Shown here in pieces: positions 14,111 to 30,382 of a DNA stretch of 64,000 nt (positions are counted from its first letter, which is position 1; each line of letters begins with the position of its first letter). The position numbers were made by a program, and so were the translations under genes. Location of the stretch: NCBI RefSeq assembly GCF_009914755.1, contig NC_060941.1; one strand, given 5' to 3'. The DNA comes from the human T2T-CHM13v2.0 reference genome, Homo sapiens. The notes beneath the pieces were generated by a model. It had not been told where the DNA came from and searched no databases. It was given only the letters and a program-made list of their open reading frames with translations.

Positions 14111-15162
14111 ACATTTGGACCTTTAAGAAACATATACCATCAGATATACCACTATTCAGTAAAAATCTATTCTAGTTTTTGGGAAGCTTATGTGTCACAA
14201 ACTATCTTGCTTCTAGTCTCCAAGACTTTACTAAGTTTATCAAAAAGGTGGGCTCTGGTCTATGGGATCCTGAGCCTTGAGGTTTGGATGTTCTGATTAT
14301 TGTAAAACAATTTCAAGTGGATTAACTTAATTCCCAGCTGTTTTTCTTCTGGAATGGGCTAATCAGTTTGAATTATCTAGTCCATTACAAGAATATTAAA
14401 TTCCTTGAGCTTTGTGATCTATTCTGTCTTTGGAAAACCTGGTAAAAAAGTAATTTTTTTTCTATACAATAAGGATGGATTTACCAGAACATACCCAGTA
14501 TTAATCATAACAAAAAGCAGTATAGATAATGTATATGTGCTGTGTTCACTTTAATAACCACTTCATAAGTAACTACTCTAACTATGGGGACTATTTCTGG
14601 ATCAGTAAGATCCAAGTGTAGTTAGTTACACACTACACTCAGCTTAACACAACTCTTGGTATCTGACATTGATTAAAAGTAAAAAAGGGTAAGTGAACAA
14701 ATACATACTCATACATGATCACGTTTTTAAGAAGCTACCCTTTGCAGAAGTAAACAAGAGAGGAGACTTTCAGGAAGCTACTGATGGGGACTGGGAAGGT
14801 TTAAAGCTATGGCTTTGGTAAGCACCCCAGTGAGCTGTAGGAAGGCATTGTAAGAGTAGATTCTGCAGCATCAAAGGATAATTCTCTAAAAGAGGTGGGT
14901 GTTTTCTCAATTAATCTAAATTCTGAGGCTTTCAGCAGTTGAGGGCTAGAAACAAGATCCAAAGAAAAGAGCCATCTTCACAACACTTAAGAAAGGTGAC
15001 TGACTGAGCCATTAGGCTCATGATGCTAAATGGTCCAAAAGCCTTTGGTGGTGTGATATGGACAAGAAAAAAAATTAATACACAAACCACGTAACACCAT
15101 TAAAACCAAAAAACATTTTTTCATTAAAAAAAGTATTTAGAACACACAAAACAAGGCAACAC

Positions 15163-15836
<674 letters not shown>

Positions 15837-16639
15837 AATGAGAGTTAGTCTGTAGTGCTATGGATTAAACGAGGAGAAAGCAGTTGTAGAAATAATATAA
15901 GGTTGGTCTTTTAGACACTTTGTTTAAAGTCATGCTGGGCTGTTTCCTGTAAGAAATTAAAAGCATGAGGTTTTAGCTCTAATAGTCTCAAACGATTTTC
16001 TTCAGGTTTTTTCCTTGAACTAGGACAGAATCTGAGTAAAGACCTGCAAACCTTAAGCATAAGACATGCCCCATTCATAGATGCCAAAACAGAGGCAAAG
16101 GACTGAGTGTTTGTCTAGTTGCAAAATTAGCAAAAATCAGTTATTTTAATTTTCAAGCTCGTTTTAACCACAAAAATGTGCTCATGCTCCAAATTCATTA
16201 CAATAAAAAACACATTCATACAAAACAGAAAGAGACTCAGATACTGAAACTTAAAATATGACCATTTCAAATGTTAATCTGCTGGATTAAATTTTGCAGA
16301 AATACCTGGTAAAGATATCTATATTCCATTACATGTTTTCCAGATGGTTGTCATCTGAGTACCAAGTATGACTACTGTCCCTCCCACTTCTTGCAACGAT
16401 GCTCCAGGAAGCCTTTGGTTTTGTTTTCCATAACTACTTTTAGCTTAGTCCTGTTTACACAGTGTACTAGGCAGTGTTAAAACAGTGCCATGAGGTAAGG
16501 TGATCTCAAAATTACAAGTGACGATCAATGTAATCAGTACTTTATGTAAGTTTTATTTATACAAGTTATTATTATTATTTTTTACCTTGAGGGATGCTTT
16601 TAATCAGGAAAATCAGTATACCTAGAAGTAAGGGTTTTT

Positions 16640-16870
16640 CTAGGACAGAGCTGGCAATTTTTTTCTGTAAAGAGCCAGATAGAAAATATTTTAGACTTCG
16701 CAGGCCAGGCAGTTGTTGTTGCAACTACTCAACTATACTGTTTTATCCCCAAAGCAGCCACAGACAGTATGTAAACAAACAAGTGTGGCTGTGTTCCAGT
16801 TTTATTTACAAAAACAAGTGGTGGGCAGGATTGGCTTACAGGTATTACTTTGCAGAATGCTGTCCTAGGA
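16640..16870 (+). mobile_element. MER58A-like DNA transposon
   Basis: tttttctgtaaagagccagata...aatattttagact...ttggc consensus. Confidence 0.7.
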
Positions 16871-17017
16871 CACCAAAGACAATTAATCTTAACGGTAATA
16901 ACCACATCTTGATAAATAATGTAAGCATTTAAAGGTTAAAATACTGAATGTCAATATCATGTCAAATTTAGTACTGGGAATCACCCTCAGTGGCAGGTAC
17001 CAGAATACTTGCACTTA

Positions 17018-17302
<285 letters not shown>

Positions 17303-17960
17303 CTAATCAGAAAAAAACAGAACTCCGTAATGTTTTTTCCTTATAATTTTTGAGCCAGATATATTCTTTCAAAAGTTGGTTTTCTTGCCTATAAACTATA
17401 TATATATATCTATACACCTGTATGTGTGTGTGTGTGTGCCAAAAAAATGTGGTTCTAGGTCTTCTCTGAAACTCTTGGGTCTACAAGAAAAAACAGCAGC
17501 TCTAGCAGTTGTATAATATAGGATATTCCAGAGCAGCTGGTGAGGCAAAATAGTGAAAGTTCTGGGGTATACATAAGGCTTCCGTTTTACATTTTGGGCT
17601 ACCAACTAGATTTCCTTGTCTGAATGCAAAGTGCAAATTATAAATTACATTTAATGACGACATTTGATGAATAAATCACAATAAAATGAAAGTAATTAAT
17701 GACTGTATGGGAGTTTAACATATCAGAGGGCTCTAGCATTTACAGGCCTAGAAGATATGTGTATACTCTATGATATTTCAAATTTATTGCAATTTTGCCA
17801 GAGAATGGGAACAATCTTATAAAAAAAGGATCCTACAGGTTTATAATAAAGTTAGCCCTGTTTCAAAGTGAACAACATTCAATAAAAACACTATTTTGGA
17901 AAAAAGAATGAGGAAAAATAAAGTAACAGGTATAGTGATAAAAGTATAGTTAACATATTA

Positions 17961-18104
<144 letters not shown>

Positions 18105-18563
18105 TCATTTTTTAATGGTCCATACTTTCAAACAGTGTACCAAATAATGTTTTGAACTTTAGATCATTTATCACATGAGTCTAGCTAAGATTTAAAAAAT
18201 ACAAAATGCAGCACAAAGAAATGATTATGATCAATAGGTAAATGTTAAAGAATACTGTTTCAGGCCTGAGCAATTCCTTGGGAAAAAATATTTAGCATAG
18301 CAGTAAAGATTGATAGGATGCCTCAAAATTCTTAAGTTCACACGTATTTCTTAACGAATATACTTTCCATTACAAGGTTCTATATTATAGTTTTTAATGA
18401 CAAACTTATTAAACATCTGGGAAAGGTCCACTTCCTTAAACCTCTTCTCCAAATCAGGAACAGGTTAGATTGACATATTTAACAGGTAGATTTAGGCATG
18501 GTGTAGGAATCATATCACCTGGGATTTGTGGTATAGGCACATCTTATTGAAATGAATGTTTTA

Positions 18564-18776
<213 letters not shown>

Positions 18777-19394
18777 TCACCAGTAACCATAAAAAGGAGT
18801 GTAACAATGTTAACACTTAATTACCAACGAACTATGGCCCTCACTGGCCTAACAAGTGGACCTGCCCAGCGTCATGGGAGCACTGGGGCAGTTACTTGAT
18901 AAAAACCATACAGAGGACGTAATGTGTTCATTGGCCAAGGTAGTAATTTATCTCACAGTCTTTAAGTGATAATGTTGTGTCTGAGAAGGATTTGGCTAAA
19001 ACATAAACGAGATACAACATGTCTCTTCTGGCTTCGGAATCAATGTGAAGGCTGTATGTGATGGCAGTAATTGAAATTCTGCCCAATGTTTCACTCTCTT
19101 GGTAGTAACTTAAGGCATTTAACAACTAATGAACAACATATGAACTGGGCAGTGACTTTGTCACTTGTAGCACTTTAAAAATGAATGAAAATGCCCATTT
19201 GTAAAATTATGACAGCAGAGAATACATCACCTCTAACAATATTCAGTTTCCCAGGCCCTCAAGTAATTTTATAGAAGAAAAATAAATGTCTGATTCCAAA
19301 TTTAATTTTTGTCAGTTTACACTTAGCCAGCTGTTGTCAGTGTGTAATGGTATGACCCAAGTTCATACAGTATGGGTCTGGTTTATATGCTTCT

Positions 19395-19682
<288 letters not shown>

Positions 19683-20504
19683 CACACTACAGGCTTATTT
19701 TTAATAGCTATCTAGTGTTTCCTTAATCTCAGTCTTTGCTCTATCACCTTCATAGTTTTTCATATATCTACTAACAGCCTGTACTATCGTTTACTTAATA
19801 TTTTTCTTTAAACTAACTCACTTAAAAAAAAAAAGAGCTTTCTCTTTAGTAATACATATTAAAACAAACGCTCCTCTCTGAACCACTTAATCACCTCAGT
19901 GACCCACCAGACAGGGAGGAACCACACTTAAGAAAACCTTGTTACAGGGGAAACCCTGTTACAGAGGCCTATGTTGCGCTGCTATGTCAGTTTAGCACCT
20001 CCCTTATTGTCTGGCACTTAAGTAGTTCCTAAAATTCTCATTATTATAAATACTACAGCTAAAAACTGTTGTTTTTGTAAAAAGTTAAAAAAATTACTTT
20101 TGTTTCCTTTTGAGTAATTTCTTTAGGAAATAAACTTCTGAAATTAAAACTACTGGGTAAGATACAGTTTTTTTAAAACTCTGTAACCTTTCTACTTTTT
20201 AAGAGTTTTTCACCTTTAGGGTTATATATGGTACATCTGTGCTACATCTGTCTAAGTTATCTGTTTTTGTTGTTAGCTTTTGTTTTCTTCTTTCATTTAT
20301 ATGGCCCCAGTGTTGACCACAGATGGGGACATAAGGTCTAAGCAATTTGGGCTTGTTCTTCTTTGCATGTTAGTCGTCTGCTTCCTTTTTTGGGGGAATG
20401 GCTTCTCTGGTTATGATCTAATTGAACAGCTATTTATCCTATGATGAAGAGGCTCTCACTGAATAAAAGCCTTCATTGTCTTGTGTGGATAATTGCACAT
20501 GCCC

Positions 20505-20808
20505 TCTTTTTTTTTTCTTTTTTTTGAGACTGGTTATTGCCCTGTCATCCAGGATGGAGGACAGTGGCATGATCATAGCTCACTGCAGCCTTGAACTCCT
20601 GGGCTCAACTGATCCTCCTACCTCAGCCTCAGCTGGAGTAGCTGGGACTACAGGCACAAGCCGCCATGCCCAGCTAATTTTTAAGTATCCTGTAGAGATA
20701 AGGTCTTGCTGTGTTGCCCAGGCTGGTCTCAAACTCTTGGCCACAAACGATCCTCCTGCTTCAGTTTCCCAAAGTATTGGGATTACAGGCGTGAGCCATG
20801 GCGCCTGG
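20505..20808 (-). mobile_element. Alu (J-like)
   Basis: Reverse Alu consensus; explains ORF 20476-21078. Confidence 0.9.
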
Positions 20809-22195
20809 CAATGTCTATCTTTTGATAGTCCTCTGTTAAAGAAGTCAGTAGCTGTTGTACTTCATGCAGATGCCACCTTTCTGTTATGTACATTTGACAT
20901 ACATTTCCACCTCCCAAGTATTCCTCTTTCTAATCATTTTCGTACTGGTATGCTAAAGACATTCTCATATTGGCATCTTAATTGCTACCTGAATTTACTA
21001 GCAACTTTAAGACCCAATCTGAAAGTTAAAAACATCATAGGCCCAAGTTTCAGACTGTTTCTGAGTGAATCTCTTTAGTCCTTCTCAGTGTTCATGGTGT
21101 TAATGAAAGCTTTAGTTATTTTCTACTTACGTTGCTAGCCTTTGTTTCCTCTTGTACTGACCTCCATCCTCCCAATATCTGTAGACTGGATTGTCTTCTG
21201 ATTTTTAGTTCTGTATGTTTCTCTTGCATTAATCACCCCATTTGAGTAATTAAAGTGTGAGGATGCTAGTGTGTCTTTAGCACTGCTGATTCTGCTTAAC
21301 ATTCAATACTGTTTCTATTCCATATTCTATTCTCTATAGTATTACATTCCACTGTCTGTATTTATGAGAACATTTGACAATATTCCAGTACATTATTTTT
21401 AAAAATGACTTCTGTTTTTCCCCACTTTTATCAACTTATTCTTGTCTTCAGGTACTATTATTGCTTCCTCCCTCATTGATATTGTCTTTAAAGTTCTTAT
21501 AGCCTTCCTCTTTGTTACTGCTACTTTAAGATGGGATCTTAAATCATTTTCCTGATGTTCTTGTCGCTTGCAGCTAAAGCTTCTAACCTTTTGCACATCA
21601 TAGCAGTATACAGAGAAACTATTAATGTTTATACAGCACACTAGATATGTGGTTGAGTGTGTTCACACTGCAGGTGGCTATCTCTGGGTCTCCTCGCAGC
21701 TTCAGACCCTGCCTGGCTGCACAAGACCAGAACAATCAGAACACCTGCTAACTACTCATACAGAATGGCAATTAGGAAGCTCTGCCATTCGTGTGCATGT
21801 ATACAATTTGTATGGGTATACCCTCATGTACACCCATACAAATAGTAGCATGAGCTATATTTATACATTCTTATTGGATTTCTGAATTAAATGGAAAGGA
21901 AACTTCATGTTTCCACATACTCATTAGCTTCTCCCTTAAGAGCCTTTAATTCAGCGAATTTAGTGAACCAATAAGAAAACAAGATATAATTAGAATGCAT
22001 TTAGCTTTTTAAAAGCAGATGAGGCAAAATCCTGATTGTGATTTAAAAACCTTTCGTGCATTTTGAGTACAAAGATTTTGATAAACAATCAATAATTTTT
22101 GCTATTTTCTGCACTGAAAAGGATATTTCTTTTTCTTGTGGGAAATTCACATACAAATCTTACTCAATATAACCAAAATACTAAGACGATACTTA

Positions 22196-22504
<309 letters not shown>

Positions 22505-22766
22505 TTATAATTAACATTTTGCAGGTTATAATGCAGACCTATGTTATCTCACTTGAATATCAAAAGATATGATGTAAACAGGGTGTTGGGATAATTATCT
22601 CCTTTTTACAGGCAAGAAATCTGAGGCCTTGAGAAACTGACTTGACTCAGGTAGACAGAGCCTCAGTACTGCATCAGTGTTCTGACCAAATCTTATGTTA
22701 CTTTTATAAATAGTAAGCCAATGTTTTATGTACTTTACACATTATCTATCCCACTGTGAGCCCCTA

Positions 22767-22928
<162 letters not shown>

Positions 22929-23860
22929 TTAATACTGATGTCTAAACGTATAGACCTTTAAAAATAGTTTTTAATGTGGAAACTTTTCAACATACAAAGC
23001 AGAGAAAACAGTATCAAATTTCTAGGTACTCATCAGCCTACTTCAAAAATTATCAAGAACTGGCCAATCTCAAGTTATCTTTGCCCTACTGGATTACTTT
23101 AAGATAGATCTCAGACATCACGTCACTCACTTATAAATACTTCAATTTGATAAGCAAGAATATCTCCAATCACTACAGACACTTAGGATGAGTTACTTCA
23201 ATAACATAGTCTACGTCTCTAAAAGTTCATGTGAATTTAGAAGAAAAGTGCTTAATTTGCATAACACGGTACATCATATTATCAAATACAAATATAATAG
23301 TCAAGATCAAAAGGTTTAACATTTCTAGATAGTGGTTATAATGCTCTGCCTTTTAATAAAGATATTGGCTACTTTTTTTATTTTAAGAGTAATGTAGGCT
23401 CATCACCAAAAAAAAAAAAAAAAAAAGGAAAACTTGAGGAAAAGAAAATAAAAACTACCATAAGCTTACTGCTTAGAGATAATTATTGTCTTCTGTGTTT
23501 TCCCCCTTCAAACTAACATGTGGTTGCTATTATTTTTATAAAAATGAGATATTAATTCATGTAGTCTTGCAGTCCTCCTTCACTTAACATTTTCCTCACG
23601 TCATTAAATATTCTCCAAAAGAAATGACTTTAATGGCTATAGAACATTCTATCTTAAGGATTTTAACAGTTTATTTAATCACGCTCCTCTTGTTGGATTT
23701 TAGTTCTGGAATTTTGAAATCAGAACTAATTGCTTTAAAAACCGTATTTTTTTGGACCTTTCCTCTGAATATGCACAGAAAAGCTGGCTAAGCCGATCTA
23801 AAGTTGGATGTTAAGCAAAGAAGCAGCAAAGACAGTGTCCTCACTCCTTACCAGGTCCTA

Positions 23861-23950
<90 letters not shown>

Positions 23951-26900
23951 CTACGAAAGAGTTAAATACATTCATTATTCAACTGTAAGGAGTTCACTGG
24001 CAAACTGAAAAGAGAGTCCCTTAAAAAATTCTAATGCGCCTTTCTTCTATTCGTCCAAATATTTTCTTCACTGAAAATAGCTATCACTGCAAATTCAGAA
24101 ATGTTCAAAAGAAAATGACTTTAAGCACATAATTTTTAAATGTTTTACTTAGCAGTTTATTGCCAATGCTTTGACAACCTGGCTGCAAGAACAAATAAAA
24201 TATTACACAGTAACCCATACATTGAAAATATATGGTTATATATCAACCGTCTCAAGTTCAGGACATTACCTGGTACCCTCTTATTCTGCTCAATTACCAT
24301 TACACATACAGTCAACACTTGATTATCTGCAGCAGGATCTGAACCCTTAACACTTACCATTCTCACACTGTCTACAGGGGCCTTAACCTATTAGCACTAG
24401 GAATGTACTCCCAACACCACCACAAAAACAACTTCCCAGGTTCAAAAACAAAAACAATTAGTGAAATAACAAACCACCTTACCTCCTTTGCCAGGCTAGA
24501 GATTTTATTTCTCTTAAGGTTCTGTCTGTTACCTAGTGGTTTTCTTGTAAAGGGGAATGAGAAGTGTGAATTAAAAGTCACACATTGTTTTGTCCTGAGT
24601 CCTAATCACAGTGTAAAAGCAAACAAGTTTATCAGGAACAGAGAAGTGGCAGATATCGGGCCTGATTACGTTATTTTTGAGGTCTTATATCAAGAAGCTC
24701 CATTCCATTAAAAATGTTCAGTTTTATGGGAAAGACAGAGGAAAAGGAAAGATGTGATGTACAGGAAAAGAGAGACAGAAGAAAAGGAGGCGGAGGGAAG
24801 ACTGAAAAATATTTTTTAAAAAGGTAAAGCAAAAATAGGTGAAAGAAAAAATAAAAAAAGAAGGAAAGAGAAAGATAAAGTGATCAGTTTTTCCTGTGGC
24901 TTAAAGTCTAGGTGAGATTCCAGACAGCCTCTGGTAGACCACCCAGATAACACCCATCTAAAAGTATCTATTTCTGAACTTTTTAGTCTCCTGTTAATAT
25001 ACATGACTGCATTTGATTAAAGACCCAGAATAAGAAAAATCATTGCTATTTCAGACAATTTGCAAATTTTCAGGAGATCTCTGATATTGACTCTCCCTGC
25101 TAGGCTGGAGAAATGAAGTGTTGGCTTTATTTTAATTATCGAAAGACAGGATTGGCAAATCCTTATAGGAAAACTAAAGTAACATTTTGTTCGCTTCCCC
25201 TTCTGTTGTTGCTATGATAAAACCCCAGAGATACTCCTCCACTCTGGGCTGGGACCCCAATCATAACCTTATTTTTCATTTGAGGGCTCAGGGATTAGCA
25301 TGTTTGTGTCCTTTTCCACTATGATCAAGAAATGTTTCCTCTTCCTACAAGGGTCTCTCTCCATCCCTATAACTCTACTTCTTCAAAGCATTTCGCCTTG
25401 GAAGCAGTATTTCCTCTCTTTCCATTCCTCCCATGCATTCTTGTCACACCTCATGCTAGTGCCCAGGTAGACAGACACTGTTTTTGGCCAGCAGTGGGTA
25501 AGAGAGTGAGATGGCCAGGGGCATGGAAACTGTCAAAAGTGGTAGGATGGGCAGCCAATACAGGGAAACCTGTATCAGGGTCTATAGTTCTTTCAAGGGG
25601 AAAGAGAATTCCTATAAGACTAACCTTATGGATTCAGAGGAACAGACACACACAAGTCTGCTTCTTCACACATAAAGTTACTAGAAAGTATTTCCAACTC
25701 ATATCCAACACAAACCTTCAGAATTCCATGAAATGGATTACAAATAAAGTTGGAATTGTGCCCATAACTGAGGTGGTAAGACCACTGTCAAAATTTTTTG
25801 AAATTAAAGAGGTAAAGAATTCTAAAATGCCTATGCTTCCGAGCTTTAATATGAATTAAAACACTTTAAAAACACAGTAGTATTTGCTCTTTGATATTTT
25901 TCAAAGAATCACATTTTATATTAATGGAATTGCTATTTCCCCTCCTTTCTCCCAAAGAAAGGTACACAAATCATCTGTATATTGAGACCAGTCAACTTAC
26001 AACAACAACAACAAAAACCCAAACTAAAAAAACACCCCAAAACAATAATAAAGTTAAATTCCAGATGGTTTTCAGGATAGTAAAGATTTATATCATTACA
26101 CACCTCCAATTTATTTAACGTCTCAGACAGACATCTTTCTACAATGTCTTAAACATTTCTTTAAAAAAAGCTGAACATACTTTAGACCCTTTCTGGATAA
26201 GATTCAATTAGAAACAACCACTGTTTTGCTGTGCTGTAACCCTCTGTCAGATGTCAAAATCTGTTGTTGACTCTTTCAACGGCCTAGGGGCTATGCTTTT
26301 GGAGAATGTGTTTCCATTTTTGAACTGTTTCTTTCCTTGCTACTATCAGGAAACCCACCTCTAGCAGCAACTCTCTTTCCAATTTTCTGCTTTCAATTTC
26401 CAATGGGGAGGCGGGTAGAACTGTGCTTACAGAAGAGCAAGGTCCTAGGAAATCTCCTATGAATAAAGTTCATGGTTTTGTGAAATTTATCTTGGTTACT
26501 CAGTTTTTTGTTGTTGTTTCTTTTGCAATTCTCAGCTGTTTCTCTAGCAAGAACTTATTTAAGAGCTTTCTTCTGGGGCAGAATTTCTATTAATGTACAG
26601 AAATAGGCTGTTTTTAAAGACATTTTTGTCTCAATGTGTTTTCACACCTGTACTTAAGAGAATGTTAATCATCATCTGAATGAAGAACTGACTAGGAGTG
26701 AATTCCATCTTGTAGCTATCATAAGCACTCCAAAAGGTCTCGACATGCTATACAAAGTATTTACTGTCTGAGAACTACCCAAGTATACTGGAGTCATCAG
26801 GGAAACCCAATGTTCTCTACAGCCTACCACAAGCTACTGGACAGGGCTTCACAGATTCGTTCCTTGAAAACCACTAATGCAATCTGCGCACAACAATACC

Positions 26901-28757
26901 ATACAGGAGCTTCCCCTCACCCCCAAAAGTAATGCATAACTAGGGTCATAGTAAAATCAAAATGCTTTTATTATGGTCAAAATCAGAGCCATTGAGTCCT
27001 AACAGCTTAAACTAGATATAGAAAGCAGGGCAAGTAGTGTAAAACCTCCACATTTTCTAGGCCCTTCTTCATATAGCAGTTTGATTATACTTCAATTTGG
27101 TGTTAAGAGGACAATAATACAAAGTAAATGTCCACAAAGGACCAAAACACCAAATTTTCCATGTCCAACAACTCTCTATAATTAATCTACTATGTAGCTA
27201 GTGTCCACGCCAAATGTTCAGTTCTTAACATTCGCCAAGAAGGAATGGGAAGAAACAGATGAGTGACTTCAGATAGGGAGTACACTTTCTCTTCCTAGTC
27301 TCCATCGAACAATCTCACTTTTTTAACTGAGAATCCCCCACAGCTACATCCAAGTTAAGAGCAAAATACTTACACAAAACCAAAAGACAAATTACTGTAA
27401 TATTATAGTTATCATTTCTATTCCATTAACATAGATAATCAAGAGGTGACTGTATAGAGCTATTAAATGCAATCATTCTTGTTTACTGCCCGTGAAAAAA
27501 TTGCTGCATTAACATTAAGATCCATGATTGATTCCGTTCATTGTTTAAACTGAAATGTTCTTTATCATTTGAAAACCTTGCCATCCATTACACTTGTGAA
27601 ACAACATGTTTAGGCCAGGGAAAAACATGTATTGATGCACATAAAAATTGTATGCATTGTGAAATGCATACATACACACACTTTGTCAGAATTCTTTTTC
27701 AGATACCATGAAATATGCATGGCACATAAAACTTGATATGCTTATGAAGTACATATTATGCAGAAACAATGAAAAATTTAGACAAACAAAACCTATCAAG
27801 CTAAGCAATATGCTTATCAAGATAGACATTCATTTGATAGCTACAAGCTTTCAGTTCCAGCTTGACTACAGGGTGAGAGGGCTTTTTTGAAGTTACATTA
27901 ATAGAAGGCACTTGTTATTTATGAATACAGCAAACAAAAACCAGGTATTAAAAACTTTACAGCCATTCTGGGTTGTATAAATTCTCACCAACACTACATT
28001 CCAATGTAGTATTTGACTTTTGGATTTTTTATCTTTAGTAAGTCATTTTTATAATTATTGGCATTTTTTGGTGCTTAAACTTTTTTGAATGAAATTTAAG
28101 ATGATTCTAAACTAAAAGATTTGAAGTGTATCATCCAATTTTGATATCTTAGGCTGATCACTTAAATGAAACATGCTAAGTTTCAGAAATCCTATCTCTT
28201 ATACTAAGGATTAGAAATGCACTTCTCGTTGTACATATCTAGTCTGATACTTCAAATTAATTTCATTCAACCTTCACTCTGCATTTCTTTGAGGTGACAT
28301 TAAAACGTTTTTCTCTTTTTCACTGTAGAGAAATGAGTCTTAGTTAGAAGGTCAACTACTAAATCCAAAAGACAAATAACTATGGGTAGCGATTCAAACT
28401 GGTGTACCAGCCAAAAGCTTTCCAGCCCTGAAAAAGCCAGGTCTGAAAGACCAGCCTCTACTAGAAACTCAATCCTTGAGACTAATGCCAATCACCTTAT
28501 AAAAATGAAAAATACTCTTTATGTCAAAAAGGATATTTTTACCTTAAGAAATTCTGTTTGTTTACATACAGTATAAGCATCAAGTGCTCAAGGCTTTAAC
28601 CCTACCAACCACCAAACAGAATGGATTTTTCTTTTCTTCTATATACATTCCAGATCTCACTATTTATTTTTTCAGTGTGAGATGCTACAACGAATGTTGA
28701 AAATACTCAAAAAGCTAGGTTAAAAAATTTTTTTTAAATGGCTGTGCTTATGATTCA

Positions 28758-29093
<336 letters not shown>

Positions 29094-30330
29094 TTAAATA
29101 TTTTTCTTTCATTGAGAAACCTGTCTGCAGTGTCTTTTGGTTGTTTTTCTCTTTCTTTTTTGCAGGGGCTGGGGGTGTTTGTGTGACTGTGAATGTGTGT
29201 TTTGTTTTTTGAGGTAAGCAACACACTGAAGTGTTTAAAACATTCAGGATTACTTTATGGTCAACAATAGGATAAAACAACTTAGCAATATATGAAGACT
29301 GAAATAGGAAGGCTTGAAGTGTGATCAACTAGAACTCTGAAAACACTACATGCAAAACAAAATACAATTTATTTGACATGTGGATGCCACCAATGTATTT
29401 ATCTACTAAAAACAAAAAAAAGAAATGGATCTGATTTCAACGACAGTTTTAAATCATTTTATATAATGTGAGAAATGAGTAGAGACTCAAATCGGGAAGC
29501 CAGGATTTGTCAATTGAAAAGAACATATGTTGGATTTGATGGATGTCACATACATGATTTAAAACAAAGACTTGTAAGAAATGCATGGATTTCATTCTGG
29601 GGTACTATCTGATCTTTTTAACCCAGTCATTCTTTTATAGGATTTCTCTTCCATTTCTTCTTTGATCCATCTTCCACTGGTCAATCATGAAAACATTTCT
29701 GCATTTTGTCTCAATGTGAACTACTTTTCTAGTTTATAGACTTCTTTTTTCATCTAGTTTCCTGATAGCTCTCACCCTTTCAAAATACAACTGCTCATTT
29801 CAGCAACAGAACCCTTGGTTTTTGTGAATTATGTGTTGATGTAATCACAAATGGGCTCTTATATAGCAGTAGCCTTGGGGCTAATACAATGACACTCAAT
29901 GTTCATGAGAACCAAGGCATAATGCATAGAAAGAATATAGTAGAGAGAGACCAAAATTAGGGTATTTTACCTTGTAAAATTCAATCAAAATATGTGACAA
30001 TTTCATTTTTACATGCAATTAACAATATCGGTCCTTAATTGTATAATGTAAAATACACTTAACACATTCCAACTAAGCTGTAGCTGTTACAAAATAAACA
30101 CAATTTCCTAAAACATGCCGCTGCACATATCCTTAGTACCCAAAAGAAAGACATTTAAGCAGATATTACATTTGATACTCTTTAGGAGAAAAGAGAACGG
30201 CTGATCAATTTCTAGTCTATACAGTTAGAAAAGACGCAAATAAAGCATATTTAAGTAGGCAAAACACAGTTGAAGTATCAAAGGCATGAAAGAAGTGTAT
30301 ATTACTTGCAGCGGTACATTTGGGTGGCAG

Positions 30331-30382
30331 AGGTGATAGTGGTGATAGTGTTGGTAGTGGTGGTGATGGTGGTGGTGGTGGT
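30331..30382. repeat. Imperfect (GGT)n / (CCA)n low-complexity tract in SMARCE1 intron 3
   Basis: ggtgatagtggtgatagtgttggtagtggtggtgatggtggtggtggtggt. Confidence 0.85.

Noticed and set aside
20476-21078. 200-aa ORF, longest in the track
   Set aside because: Mostly antisense Alu translation inside SMARCE1 intron 7; no splice or domain support
25332-25859. 175-aa plus-strand ORF in intron 4
   Set aside because: Antisense to SMARCE1, no recognisable domain or promoter; compatible with chance
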